Shown here: piece by piece, positions 36,895-50,179 of the stretch | Layout: each line of letters opens with the position of its first letter | How positions within the stretch are numbered: position 1 is the stretch's first letter | Assembly (NCBI GenBank): GCA_002104905.1 | Contig: MCFE01000156.1 | Location: 1 to 64,000, forward strand | Direction: 5' to 3' | DNA: 64,000 nucleotides | Source: Basidiobolus meristosporus CBS 931.73 | Taxonomy: Eukaryota; Fungi; Basidiobolomycota | Made by a program: the position numbers and the translations under genes | The notes under the pieces: model-generated | What the model was told of the DNA's origin: nothing | The model's database searches: none | What the model saw: only the letters and a program-made list of their open reading frames with translations

Positions 36895-39800
36895 TGATTT
36901 TTGGTTGATTGGTAATTTGAATAAATCCTAAGTTTGAGTTTCCATCAGGGCCTGATACTCCTCAGTTATTGCAGATCTCCCAAACTTTGTCAGAGGGCTA
37001 TTTAAGGCCTGTTGTACATTCTGGAGCTCATCAATATGGACTGAATAGGCATAGACCAAGCTTGTACCCTCATTAAATTGTAATTTGGGCTATTTCTGGT
37101 CAGGTAACATCTACTGGTGTGTGATACTGGAATGGCCACTTCTGTAATATTCCTGTGCACTGATGCAGGATAGGTGACAACTGCAGAGCCCTCTGGAATG
37201 AAAAGTTCTCATTGTTTTTTTCTGATTTGATCCTAGGTGTTGGTGGACTTGAGATCAGATTTTTGTCATCATCTGATGCCATTTTTTGCAAAAAAATTGA
37301 GTTCTCATCAAACTAGAAATCCCTTGACTTGATCAGCTTCTCTGCATTGGTACCGTAAGGTTTGTGTGTGTTACTCTCATTTCAGTTGCCCAAAAATATG
37401 CATTTAATACTTTTTGGCTTGAATTTTGACTGATTTCTGGGCAGTTGCTTGGCATATGCTATGCGCCCAAATATTCTTAGATGTTCTTCACTTGGTATGC
37501 ATGCATGCCATGTCTCAAGTGGGGTAGAATCACAAAGTATCCTTCTATAACTTCTTTTTTTGAGATATACAGCTGTAGCTACTGATTCCACCCCAAAGAT
37601 CATCCAATAATATTTGATCATGGATAATAGTTCTTGCCATATCAATTATTGATCTGTTTGCATGTTCTACTACTCCATTGTTGCTGTGGTGAGTATGGTA
37701 CATGAGTCCCTTGCTTTATCCCATGAGTTTTGCAGAAGTGAATGAAGAGTTTTGAGGTACATTTTCCACCATTGTGAGTGTGTATTTTCTTGATTTTTTA
37801 CCAGTTTCTCTGTCCAACATGGCTTTCAGCTCCCTTAACTCAGACGGGACTTCTCCCCTTCTGTCCATGAAGTAGAACCACATGAATCTACTATAATCAT
37901 TAATCAAAGTGATTGAATACTATATTCTGCCTAAAACTAAATCTTGCACAGGACCACACAGATCTGAGTGAACTTAATATAATTATTTCTTAGTCTTAAT
38001 TAGCCTGTAGCTTGTGAATGGCTGTCTGGCATGTTTCCCACATATACAGGCTTCAATGTGCCTCAAATTAGCTGGGGAGCAATTTTCACTCCAGAAATTA
38101 GTTGATCTTTGATCATTTTAGGCAAATAATCATAATTGATGTGTCCAAATCTCTTGTGCCAAAGCATTGGTGCTTCTTCATTTGAGTTCCTTATATTGAC
38201 TTACTGATATAATGGAATATAAACCAAGTACAATTGTGATCAGTGATCCTGCATCCAGAATTGTCAAAACTGAAGCTGAGTACTTCTGCTGTGGCCTTGC
38301 TTATAGAGAGTAAGTTCTTGGCTGTTTCTGATGCATAGAGTACATCTTTGAAGGTAGAGTGAGGCTTCCTTCACTGCTTCTGAGGTTCATTTGGATGGTT
38401 CCTTCTCCATTTGCATCAGGTGCTCTATTGTCATGCATGAAATCCTTCTTAATTATATTTCTTGATATTGGGCAAACAGTTCTTTTTTGTGTGCAAGATG
38501 TTGAGATGCTCCAGAGTCAGTGTACCATGTCTGAGAATCCTAGCTTGTGGTCATATTTAGTGCAGATATGAGTAGTCTATCTTCTGTTGTTGCAGCATTT
38601 CCATATTCAGGCTTCTTTTGCCAATTATCTCTCTTTTTGAAGCACTGGTCTAATATGTACGCTTCTTTTGCAGTAGGTTTGAAGCATGTTGCTATTGACT
38701 TAAATGGGTCTTGAGTACCTTTGTTGTTGGTAAACATTGCTTATTGAGTCATTTTTTTCTTCCTTCTTATTGGCACTTGAATTGCTTAATTCTTCATCAA
38801 GAAGCCTTCCATATACATAATTTAAGGTCAGATCTTCAGTTCTGGACTCTGGGCTGGTACATGGCCCTGAAGCCTCTCTGTTGGCTTATTCATGATGATA
38901 AATATCACATACTCATCAGTTGCTGGTATGCCCACAGATTCCATCTCATCTTCCAGCAGGGGAAATTGGCTAGTGAGGTCCTTCATTTCTTCTCCTGACA
39001 GCATCTTTGCAGTTAGCAATCTTTGTTTAAAATGTTGTAAAAGTTTGTAATTCCACCTAAATATTCACCTAACTTAGTCACTTAGATCATTGCTCTCAAA
39101 TCCTAGAGAATACTGACCAAATTCCTTGTCAGGATTTACTTAGAATATTTCCCAGAACATGAAAATTCTCAAAGTTGTCCAAACAGCCCCAAACTTTGCA
39201 CACATGTTCTTGGTACCTTCCTTGACCTATTATACATGTTTGTAATGCCAAGATTAGGTAAAAGTATAAATACTACTTTTACATTCAATAAATCATTAAG
39301 TGAAAACCTCATAATCTACTTGTTCTCCCAATCACTACCAATATCTCCAAGACTCCTACAGCAGGTTATGAGCCCCAAGCTGTCACTCTCTGCAATGTTT
39401 ATTACTGCTATTACTGGAATTTTTTCCTCTGCTGAAAAGTTGGATGGATCTAACTACCAAGTGTGGAAGGTGAAGATGAAGATGCTGCTACAAGAAAGAG
39501 GCATTTGGGATATTGTCATGGGAGAAGAATGCCCTCCTAAAACATGGGAGAGGAAGCCTTGAAGTACCAGAAGAAAGAACAAAGTGCCTTTAACTGCATT
39601 TGCCTTAATGTCAAAGACAAATTGCTAATTCAATTCTCAAGAGCAAAAACTGCAAAGAATGCCTGGAAGGCATTAGAAGACACCTAGCAGTCATGTTCAG
39701 CTGCTAAGAAAATGTATCTGAGACAAAAATTCTTTACTACAAAGATGTTGCCGGGAGAAGAAATGAAAAATCTAATTAACAGAATTACCCTGCTGGTAGA

Positions 39801-42800
39801 TGAGATGGAATCTGTGGGTGTACCAAGTACTGATGAGGATGTGATAGTTACCATCCTGAATAGCCTGACAGACAAGTTTCAGGGCCTTGTATCCCCCTAG
39901 AGTCCAGAACTGAAGATTTGACCTTAAATTACGTATATGAAGGCTCCTGGATGAAGAATTAAGAAAATCAAGTGCCAACAAGAAGGAAGAAGAAAATGCT
40001 TTAATAAGCAATGATAGCCAACAAAGGAGGTACCCAAGACCCTACAAAGGCAACAGCAACCTGTTTTGCAACTACTGCAAAAGGAAAGGACATACATCAG
40101 ACTGGTGACTCAAAAAGAGAGATTATCAGCAAAAGAAGCCTGAATATGGAAATGCTGCAACAACTGAAGATAGACTATTCATATCTGTACTAAATATGAC
40201 CACAAACAAGGATTCTCAGACGTGGTATATTAACTCTGGAGCTTCTCAACACTTTATGCACCAAAAAGAACTTTTTACCTGATATCAAGAAATTCCAATT
40301 AAGAAGGTTTTCATGGGTGACAATAGAACACTTGATGCAGTGGGAGAAGGAACTATCCAAGTAAACCTTAGAAGCAGTGAAGGAAGCCATACACTGACTT
40401 TTAAAGAAGTACTCTATGTACCAGAAATAGCCAAGAACCTACTCTCTGTAAGCAAGGCCACAGCAGAAGGACTCAGCTTCAGTTTTGACAATTTTGGATG
40501 CAGGATCACTGATCAAAATGGTGCCCATATTTCTTCAGGCATCAGATATCAGAATCTATACAAGTTGACGTATATTCCATTGTATCTAGAAGCCAATATA
40601 AGTAACTTAAGTGAAGAAACACCAATGCTTTGACACAGGAGATTTGGGCATATCAATTTTGATTATTTGCATAAAATGATCAAAGATCAGCTAATTTCTG
40701 GAGTGAAAATTGATCCCCCAGCTAATTTGGAGCACTGTGAAGCCTGCATATATGGGAAACAAGCCAGACAACTGTTCAAGAGCCCTGGGTTAATCAAAAC
40801 TAAGAAAAAATTAGATCTAACTCACTCAGATCTGTGTGGACCTATGCAAAATTTATCCTTAGGCAGGATGAAGTATATAATCACTTTTATTGATGATTAT
40901 ACAAGATACACATGGGTCTACTTCATGGAGAGAAAGGAAGAAGCTCTGTCTAAGTTCAGGGAGTTTAAAGCCATGGTGGAGAGAGAAACTGGTGAAAAAA
41001 TCAAGAAAATACGGTCTGACAATGGTGGTGAATATACCTCAAAACTCTTCTTCCACTTCTGCAAAATTAATGGGATAAAGCAAGAGACTACTATACCATA
41101 CTCCCCACAGCAAAATGGAGTAGCAGAATGTGCTAAAAGATCAATAATTTATATGGCAAGATCTATGATCCATGATCAAAAATTATCCCATGATTTTTGG
41201 GTGAAATCAGTTGCCACTGCTGAATACCTTAAAAATAGGAGTCATACCAGAATACTTTGTAATTATACTCCATTTGAAGCATGGTATGGTTATAGACCAA
41301 GTGCAGAACATCTAAGAATACTTGGGTGTACAGAATATGCCAAGAAGCTGTTCAGAAATCAGTCAAAATTTGAGCCAAAAAGTGTAAAATGCATATTTTT
41401 GGGCTACTGCAATGAGAGTAAGGCATACAGACTTTACAATACCAAAGCAATGAAGCTAATCAAGTCCAGGGATGTGTTGTTTGATGAAAATTCAAAATTT
41501 TCATAAAAAATGACATCAGATGATGACAAAATTTGATCTCAAGTCCACCAATTGTCAGGATTGAATCAGAGCAAAACAATGGAAGTTTTTTTACTCCAGA
41601 GGACACTACAACCATGGCTCAGCCAGAATCAGAGCCCAGGAACATTCCAGAAGTGATCATTCCAGTATTAAGTGCCTGGAGATCCAATCAGACAAGAAAT
41701 AGCCCATATTACTACATCAATGAGGGTACAAACTTAGGCTATACCTATTCAGTCCATATTGATGAGCCTCAGACTGTAAAAGAGGCCCTTAATAGCCCTC
41801 AGACAAAGTTTTGGAGATCTGCAATGACTGAGGAATATCAGGCCGGATGGAAAATCAAACTTGGGACTTGGTCAAATTACCAATCAACCAAAAATCAATT
41901 GGATGCAGATGAGTCTTTAAGACAAAATACAAAGCTGATGGTACAATTGAAAGATACAAAACAAGACTTGTGGCCAAAGAATACTCTCAAACAAAAGGAC
42001 TTGACTATACTGAGACCTTTGCACTGGTAGCCAAGTTTAATTCCATCAGATTAATATTGGCTATTGCAGCCAAATATAAGTTTTTTATTCATCAAATGGA
42101 TGTAAAAGCTGCATTTTTGAATACAGAACTTGAAGAGGATGTGTATATGGACCAGCCTGATGGGTGTGCTGACCAAGGTTACCCCCATTTGGTCTGCAAG
42201 CTTAAAAAGTCACTATATGGTCTCAAACAATCACCAGGAGCCTGGAATTACAAGATAGATTCTTATTTGGAATCTTTGAGCTTCAAAAGGAGTATGCTGA
42301 CTATAGTATATACTTTAAGCCAGATTGAGCAAATCCAGTTCTAATATCTCTATATGTGGATGATTTTATTATAGCCGCCAATAACCTAGAAATATTGGAA
42401 GAGACTAAATCCAGCCTATCTAAGGAGTTCAAGATGTCCAATCTAGGAGAACTTGGTTACTACTTAGGGATTAAGTTCTCCATAGACAGATGCACCCAGA
42501 CTATCACCCTAAGACAATCCAAGTATATACAAGATATACTAAAGAAGTACCAAATGGAAGACTGTAAACCAGCAGCTACCCCAATGGAGACAAACATTAA
42601 CCTGGTCAAAACTCAACCAATTCAAGAGAGCTTGGTGCCATCTGAAAGCCCTGACTTTCCTTATCAATCTATGAGCAGCAGATTGATGTATATCTTGCTT
42701 GGAACATGTCCAGATATCTCATATTCAGTGGGAGTTGTCAGCCAACATAATCAGAACTATGGATCTGATCATATTGCAGCAGTTAGGTGGATTTTTAGAA

Positions 42801-44126
42801 ACCTAAAAGGAGCTGCTGATATCTGCTTAAGATACACTTATAAGGATTCAGTACAGGATCTTGTGGGGTACTCTGATGCTGATTGCGGACAAAATTTAGA
42901 AGACAGAAGATCCACCACAGGATACACCTTTCTTTACTGTAAAGGATCAATTTCATGGAATTCAAAAAAGCAACCAACTGTAGCACTTTCCACCACAGAG
43001 GCAGAGTATATGGCAGCCTGTGAAGCTACAAACAAAGCAATGTGGTTAAGAAAACTTTTTACATATTTAGGCCTATGTCAAAAAACGCCTATTACTTTAT
43101 TTCAAGATAATCAAGGATATATACAGTTAGATAGAAATCCTACTTTTCATGTTAGAGCTAAGCACATAGATACTAGACATCATTTAATACATGAAGCTAT
43201 AGAGAATAACTTAGCTAGCTTAGTTTACTGTCCTACAGATGAAGTTATTGCAGACATATTTACCAAACCATTAGCTAGAGACAAGTTTGAATATCTTAGG
43301 TCAAAATTTGGACTAGTCAGTATGAACATTTAGCTGAGTGGGAGTGTTGTAAAAATTTGTAATTCCACCTAAATCTTCACCTAGCTTAGTCACTTAGATC
43401 ATTACCCTCAAATCCTAGAGAATACTAACCAAATTCCTTGTCAGGATTTACGTAGAATATTTACCCAGAACATGAAAATTCTTAAAGTTGTCCAAACAGC
43501 CCCAAACTTTGCACACATGTTCTTGGGACATTCCTTAATCTATTATACATGTTTATAACGCCAAGACCAGGTAAAAGTATAAATACTACTTTTACATTCA
43601 ATGAATCATTAAGTGAAAACCACATAATCTAATGGTTCTCCCAATCACTTCCAATATCTCCAAGACTCTTACAACATAGAATACACTTTCTTGATAGCTG
43701 AACATGATTGGTATGTATCTTCTAATACCTTTTAGGCAATTTTTTCCTGTTTTTACACATGAGCATTGATTTGGCAGTTTGCCTTTAACATTAAACCAAA
43801 TGCAGTTAAAGGCACTTTGTTTGTTATTCTAGTACTTTAAGGATTTTCCTCCCACATTTTTAGGAAGGCATTCTTCTCCCATATCAGCATCCTAATGGCC
43901 TCTTTCATATAGCAGTATCTTCATCTTCACCATTCACACTTGGCAGCTAGATCCATTTAACAGCAGCAGGATAATTCTAGTAATAGCAGTAGTGATATTG
44001 CAGAGAGTTACAGCTTGGGGCTCATAGTATGTTAAAGAGACTTGGAGATACTGGCAGCGATTGGGAGAACAAGTAGATTATGTGGTACTCACTTGGTGAC
44101 TTTTGAATGTGAAAGTGGCATTTATA
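36895..44126 (-). mobile_element. Degraded Copia, copy 4; gag split by copy 2 (39033-43676); 5' LTR cut at 44126 by a CCCTA element
   Basis: Gag sequence is continuous across 39032/43677; PBS remnant at about 44018-44029. Confidence 0.85.
39033..43676 (+). mobile_element. Full-length but disrupted Ty1/Copia, copy 2 (LTRs 39033-39363 and 43345-43676)
   Basis: Both LTRs, PBS, PPT; TSD TAAAA/TAGAA; many stops and frameshifts. Confidence 0.95.
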
Positions 44127-44162
44127 CCCCTAGGAGAAATTACTGTGATGATCCCTTCAAAA

Positions 44163-47100
44163 TGTTGTAAGAGTCTTGGAGATTAGGGAAGTAATCTGGA
44201 GAACAAGTAGATTATGCAGTTTTCACTTAATAATAAAAGGAATGTAAAAGTAGTATTTATACTTCTACATGGTTTTGGCATTACAAACACATAGAATGGA
44301 TTGAGAAAGGCCCCAAGAGCATGTGTGCAAAGTTTGAGGCTGTTTAGACAACCTTGAGTATTTTCATGTTCTGGGTACCTGATACTTTGGTGAAAATATT
44401 CTAAGTAAATCCCCACCAGAAATTTGGTCAGTATTCTCTAGTATATTAAGGTAATGATCTAAGTGACTAAGTTAGGTGAATGTTTAGGTGTAATTACAAT
44501 TTTTTACAACGCTCCCACTCAGCTAAATGTTCTTATTGACTAGTCCTAATTTTGACCCATGATATTCAAACTTGTCTCTAGCCAATGGTATGGTAAATAT
44601 GTCTGCAATAAATCTGAAGGACAGAACACTAAGCTAACTGAGTTATTTTCTATACCTGCAGGTATGAATTGATATCTAATATCTATGTGCTTAGTTCTAG
44701 CATGAAAAGTTGGATTTCTACCCAGTTGTACACATCCTTGGTTATCTTGAAATCCAGTAATAGGTGTTTTCTGACATAGGCCTAAGTCTATAAAAGGTTT
44801 TCTTAGCCACATTGCTTCTCTTGTAGCTTCACAAGCTGTTATATACTTGGCCTCTGTGGTGAAAGTGCTAGGGCTGATTGCTTTCTAGAATTCCATGAAA
44901 TTGCTCTATTGAAATGAAGAAAGGTGTACCCTGTGGTGGATCTTCTGTCTTCCAGGCTTTGTCCCCAATCAGCATCAGAGTATCCCACAAGATTCTGTTC
45001 TGAGCCCTTATAAGTGTATCTTATGCAGTTAGCAGCAGTTCCTTTTAGGTATCTTAAAACCAGCTTAACTGCTGCAATATGATCAGATCCATAGTTCTGA
45101 TTATGTTAGCTGACAGCTCCCACTGAATATGAGATATCTGGACATGTTCCAAGCAAGATATACATCACGCTGCTGATCACAGATTGATAAGGAAAGTCAG
45201 GGCTTTCAGATGGCATCAAACTCTCTTGATTTGGTTGAGTTTTGACCAAGTTAAGGTTGGTCTCCATTGGGGTAGCTGCTGGTTTATAGTCTTCCATTTG
45301 GTACTTCTTCAGTATATTTTGAATATACTTAAATTGACTTAGGGCTATAGTCTGGGTACTTCTGTCTATGGAGCACTTAATCCCTAAGTAGTAACCAAGT
45401 TCTCCTAGATTGGACATCTTGAATTCCTTTGATAGGCTAGATTTAGTCTCTTCCAATGCAGCTAGGTTATTAGCAGCTATAATAAGATCATCTGCATGTA
45501 TAGCTAAATGATCTAGGCTTGCTCCATCTGGCTTATAGTATATACTATGGTGAGCTTCACTCCTCTTGAAATGCACAGACTCCAAATAAGAATTTATCTT
45601 GCAGTTCCAGGCTCTGGGTGATTGTTTGAGAGCATTTAGAGATTTTTTAAGTTTGCAGATCAAATGGGGGTTATCTTAATCAACAAACCCATCAGGCTGG
45701 TCCATATATGCATCCTCATCAAGTTCACCATTCAAAAATGCAGTTTTTATATCCATTTGATAATTACAAAATTATATCTGGCTGCAATAGCTAATATCAA
45801 ACTGATGGAACTGAACTTGGCAATCAGTGCAATGGTCTCAGTAAAGTCAAGTCCTTTGGTTTGAGAATATCCTTTGGCCACAAGTCTTGCATTGCACTGT
45901 TCAACTGTATGATCAGCCCTATATTTTATCTTAAGGACCCATCTGCATCCATTTGCTTTTGGTTGATTGGTAATTTGACTATGTCCCAAGTTTGATTTCC
46001 CATCAGAGCCAGATATTCTTTAGTCATTGCAGATCTCCAAAACTTTGTCTGGGGGCTAATTAAGGCCTCTTTTGCAGTCTAGGGCTCATCAATATTAACT
46101 GAATAGGCATATGCTAAGTTTGTACCCTCATTAATACAATAATTTGAGCTTTTCTTGTCCAGTTGGATCTCTGGGTATTTAATACTGGAAAAATCTCTTC
46201 TGGGATACTCCAAGAGCCTGATGCAGGCTGGACCATGGTTGTAAAGTTCTCTGGGGTGAAAGATTTCTGTTGTTTTGCTCTGATTCAATTCTTTCAATTG
46301 GTGGACTTGAGATCAGATTTTTGCCAAAATCTGATGTCAATTTTTGTGAAAATTTTGAATTTATATCAAACAAAACATCCCTGGACTTAGTTAGCCTTGT
46401 TGCTTTAGTATTGTAGAGTCTGTATGCTTTACTCTCATTGCAGTTGCCCAAGTGTATGCATTTTACACTTTTTGGATCAAATTTTGACTAATATCCAGAC
46501 AGTTGCTTGTCATATGCTGTACACCCAAGTATTCTTCAATGTTCTGTACTTGGTATGTATCCATACCATGCTTCAAATGAAGAAGAATCACAAAGTATTT
46601 TACTATAACTCCTAATTTCAAGGTATACAGTAGTGGCAGCTTCTTCTGCCCCAAAATTATCCTGAAATTAGCTGATCTCTGATCATTTTATGCAAAAAAT
46701 CAAAATTGATGTGCCCAAATAACCAGTGCCAAAGCATTGGTGTTATTTCATTTAAGTTACTTCTATTGGCTTCCAGATATGATGGAGTATAAGTCAACTT
46801 GCATAAATTCTAATCTATGATACCCAAAGTAATATGGGTACCATTTTGATCTGTGATCCAACATCCAGAATTGTCAAAGCTGAGAATGAGTCCTTCTGCA
46901 GTGGCCTTGCTTACAGAAAGTAGGTTCTTGGCTATTTCTGGTACAAAGAATACTTCTTTAATGGTTGGTGGATAGCTTCCTTTGTTACTTCTAAGGTTTA
47001 CTTGGATAGCTCCTTCTCCCACTGCATCAAGTGTTCTATCATCACCCATGAAAACCTTCTTAATTGGAATTTCTTGATATTGGGTAAAAGTTCTTTTTGG

Positions 47101-49081
47101 TGTGTAAAGTGTTGAGATGCTCCAGAGTCAATATAGCACATCTGAGAATCCTTGTTTGTAGTCATATTTAGTGCAGATATGAATAGTCTATCTTCAGTTG
47201 TTGCGGCATTTCCATATTTAGGCTTCTTTTGCTGATTATCTTTCTTTTTGAGACACTGGTCTGATGTGTGTCCTTTCCTTTTGCAGTAGTTACAAAACAG
47301 GTTGCTGTTGCCTTTGTAGGACTTTGGGTACCTCCTTTGTTGGTTATCATTGCTTATTAAAGCATTTTCTTCTTACTTCTCATTTGCACTTGATTTTCTT
47401 AATTTTTCATCCAGGAGCCTTGCAAATACATAATTTGAGGTCAAGTCTTCAGTTTTAGATTCTAGGGCTGATACAAGGCCCTGAAGCTTGTCTGTCAGGC
47501 TATTCAGGATGGTAACTATCACATCCTCATCAGTAGTTTGAATGCTCACATATTCCATCTCATCTACCAGCAGGGTAACTATATTAATTAGATTTTTCAT
47601 TTCTACTCCTGGATGCATCTTTGTAGTAAAGAATTTTCATCTAAGATACATTAGACTTGCTCCGTTGGATAGTGCCACATTGAGCCATGAGTGCCAAATG
47701 ATGCCATAGTGTGCCAGGGAGGCCAAATGAGCCTATACTTGGCCACAGAGTGTGAAACAGAGCTTAGCATCTTCATGCAAAGCTGCCCCTGTGTTTCACC
47801 TATGATGTAGCAGAAAATCCATTTTTTGATGTTTTTTGTGGATCAATGTTGTGCAGGATGTGAAAGAGCACAGAAGAACTGAAGACATGCATCAGGTACG
47901 CAATACCCATGGCACTCTGAATCTAGCTCCTGTGGCTTATAGCAAGTCACAAAAATGCATGGCACTATCTTGGTCCACTGGTACTATCTGGCACTATAAT
48001 TGCTTTGTATAGATCTTACTTTAGGGCTAATAATTAAACAGAGTGCCAGATAGTACCAGTGGACCAAGATAGTGCCATGCATTTTTGTGACTTGCTATAA
48101 GCCACAGGAGCTAGATTCAGAGTGCCATGGGTATTGCGTACCTGATGCATGTCTTCAGTTCTTCTGTGCTCTTACACATCCTGCACTACATTCACCTAAA
48201 AAAAAAGGTCAAAAAATGGATTTTCTGCTACATCATGAGTGAAACACAGGGGCAGCTTTGCATGAAGATGCTGAGCTCTGTTTCACACTCAGTGGCCAAG
48301 TATAGGCTCATTTGGCCTCCCTGACACACTATGGCATCATTTGGCACTCATGGCTCAATGTGGCACCATCCAACGGAACAAGTCTATTTCCTTAGCGGCT
48401 GAACATGACTGATATATGTGTTTTGAGGACTTCCCAGCATTCTTTGCTGGTTTTTACTCTTGAGCATTGAATTAGCAATTTGTCTTTAACATTAAGGCAA
48501 ATGCAGTTAAAGGCACTTTGTTCTTTTTCTGGTGCTTTAGGGCTTCCTCTTCCATGTTTTTAGGAGAGCATTTGTCTCCCATGACATTATCCCAAAGGCC
48601 TCTTTCTTGTAGCTGCATCTTCATCTTCATCATTCACACTTGGTAATTAGATCCATTCAACTTTTCAACAGAGGCAAAACTCCAGTAATAGCAGTAATAA
48701 ACATTGCATAGAGTGACTGCTTGGGGCTCATAATCTGCAGTAAGAGTCTTGGAGATATTGGAAGTGATTTTGAGAACAAGTGGACCATGTGGTTTTCACT
48801 TAATGATCAATTGAGTGAAGTAGTATTTATACTCTTACATGGCCTTGGCATTACAAACATGTAGAATAGGTTACAGAAGGTCCCAAGAGCATGTGTTCAA
48901 AGTTTGGGGCTGCTTGGACAACTTTGAGAATATTCATGTACTGGGTTCCTGATACTTTGGTGAAAATAGTCTAAATAAATTGCAACAGGGAATTTGGTCA
49001 GTACTCCCTAGGATTTGAAGCTAATGATCTAAGTGACTAGGTTATGTGAGCATTTAGGTGGAGTTACAAGTTTTTACAACA
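44163..49081 (-). mobile_element. Degraded Ty1/Copia, copy 3 (3' LTR 44163-44511, 5' LTR 48736-49081)
   Basis: Perfect 5-bp TSD CAAAA (44158-44162 / 49082-49086); PBS and PPT in reverse orientation. Confidence 0.93.
47653..48385. mobile_element. Foldback, MITE-like DNA element (733 bp; arms about 343 bp; 46-bp spacer)
   Basis: Ends AGACTTG...CAAGTCT; ATT on both sides; arms 47653-47995 and 48042-48385 are inverted; inserted in Copia gag. Confidence 0.93.
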
Positions 49082-50179
49082 CAAAAGGCCATCACAAATT
49101 TAAAGACCCATGACTAAGTGGTATTAAACCCACCAGGACACCATACAAAGACTGTCAAAAAATAATTGCACCCCAGATTTCACAAAAAACTTGGCCAAAA
49201 ATTTTCAGCACAACGGTCCAAAAGTGTTTTTTGATTAGTTCTCTGCCAATCTTCTCACTTTCTGATCCCAGAGACTCTATCTCCTCCTACATTTGTGTAC
49301 ATTGATTGGCTATTACCTCTTTTTCATACACCTTACTTCCTAACTTACCCAATTCTCTTATTTTTGATACATACAAGTTGATTTATTACTGTTGAAACAC
49401 CAGTTGTACCGCAATTGCCAATTGTATTGACCTATTCAAGTCTTTATAACCTACACTGACAATAAGTTTAACCTGACATCCAACAAATAACTCCATAAAA
49501 AACCACCACTCAATAAGTATTTTTGCTGTAATGCTCTGCTTCCATGACTTTGGTGGGAGCCTTACAGCTTTATGCCACTGTTCATTCACTGGCTCCCATA
49601 TGTCCTGGTCTTCAGCCAGCACTGCAAGGTCTAGCACCTCATCTGCCAGTCTTTGCAACAAACCCTTACAATATTCAAGCGCATTGGCTTGAGCACTGCT
49701 CTTGAAGAAATGTTGCAACCTCTTTGTGTGCCCATCAATGTTCCAAAGTTCTATTGAAGGCATTGTGCTAACCTTTTGAGTTTTTAACACCCTATAAAAA
49801 ATTATTGGTATGATCCCATCAAAAGACCGCCACAAAGTTAAAGTCCCGTCACTAAGAGGTACTGATCCCATCAGGACACCATCCAGAGACCATTGCAAAA
49901 TAATTGTGCCCCAGATTTCACAAAAAATTTAGTCAAAATTTTTCATCACAACATTGTATAAGTGGCTTTTGATTGGTTCCCTGCCAATTTGCTCACTTTC
50001 TGATCCCAGACACTTGATTGCCTCCTATGTTTGTGTGCATTGATTGGCTATTACCTCTTTTTCATACTCCTTACCTCTTGACTCAACCATTGCTCTCACT
50101 TTTCATGCTCACAAATTAACTTATTTCCATTTAAGCTTTGGTTGTACCTCAATTGCCAATTTTATTGACCTATACATGC

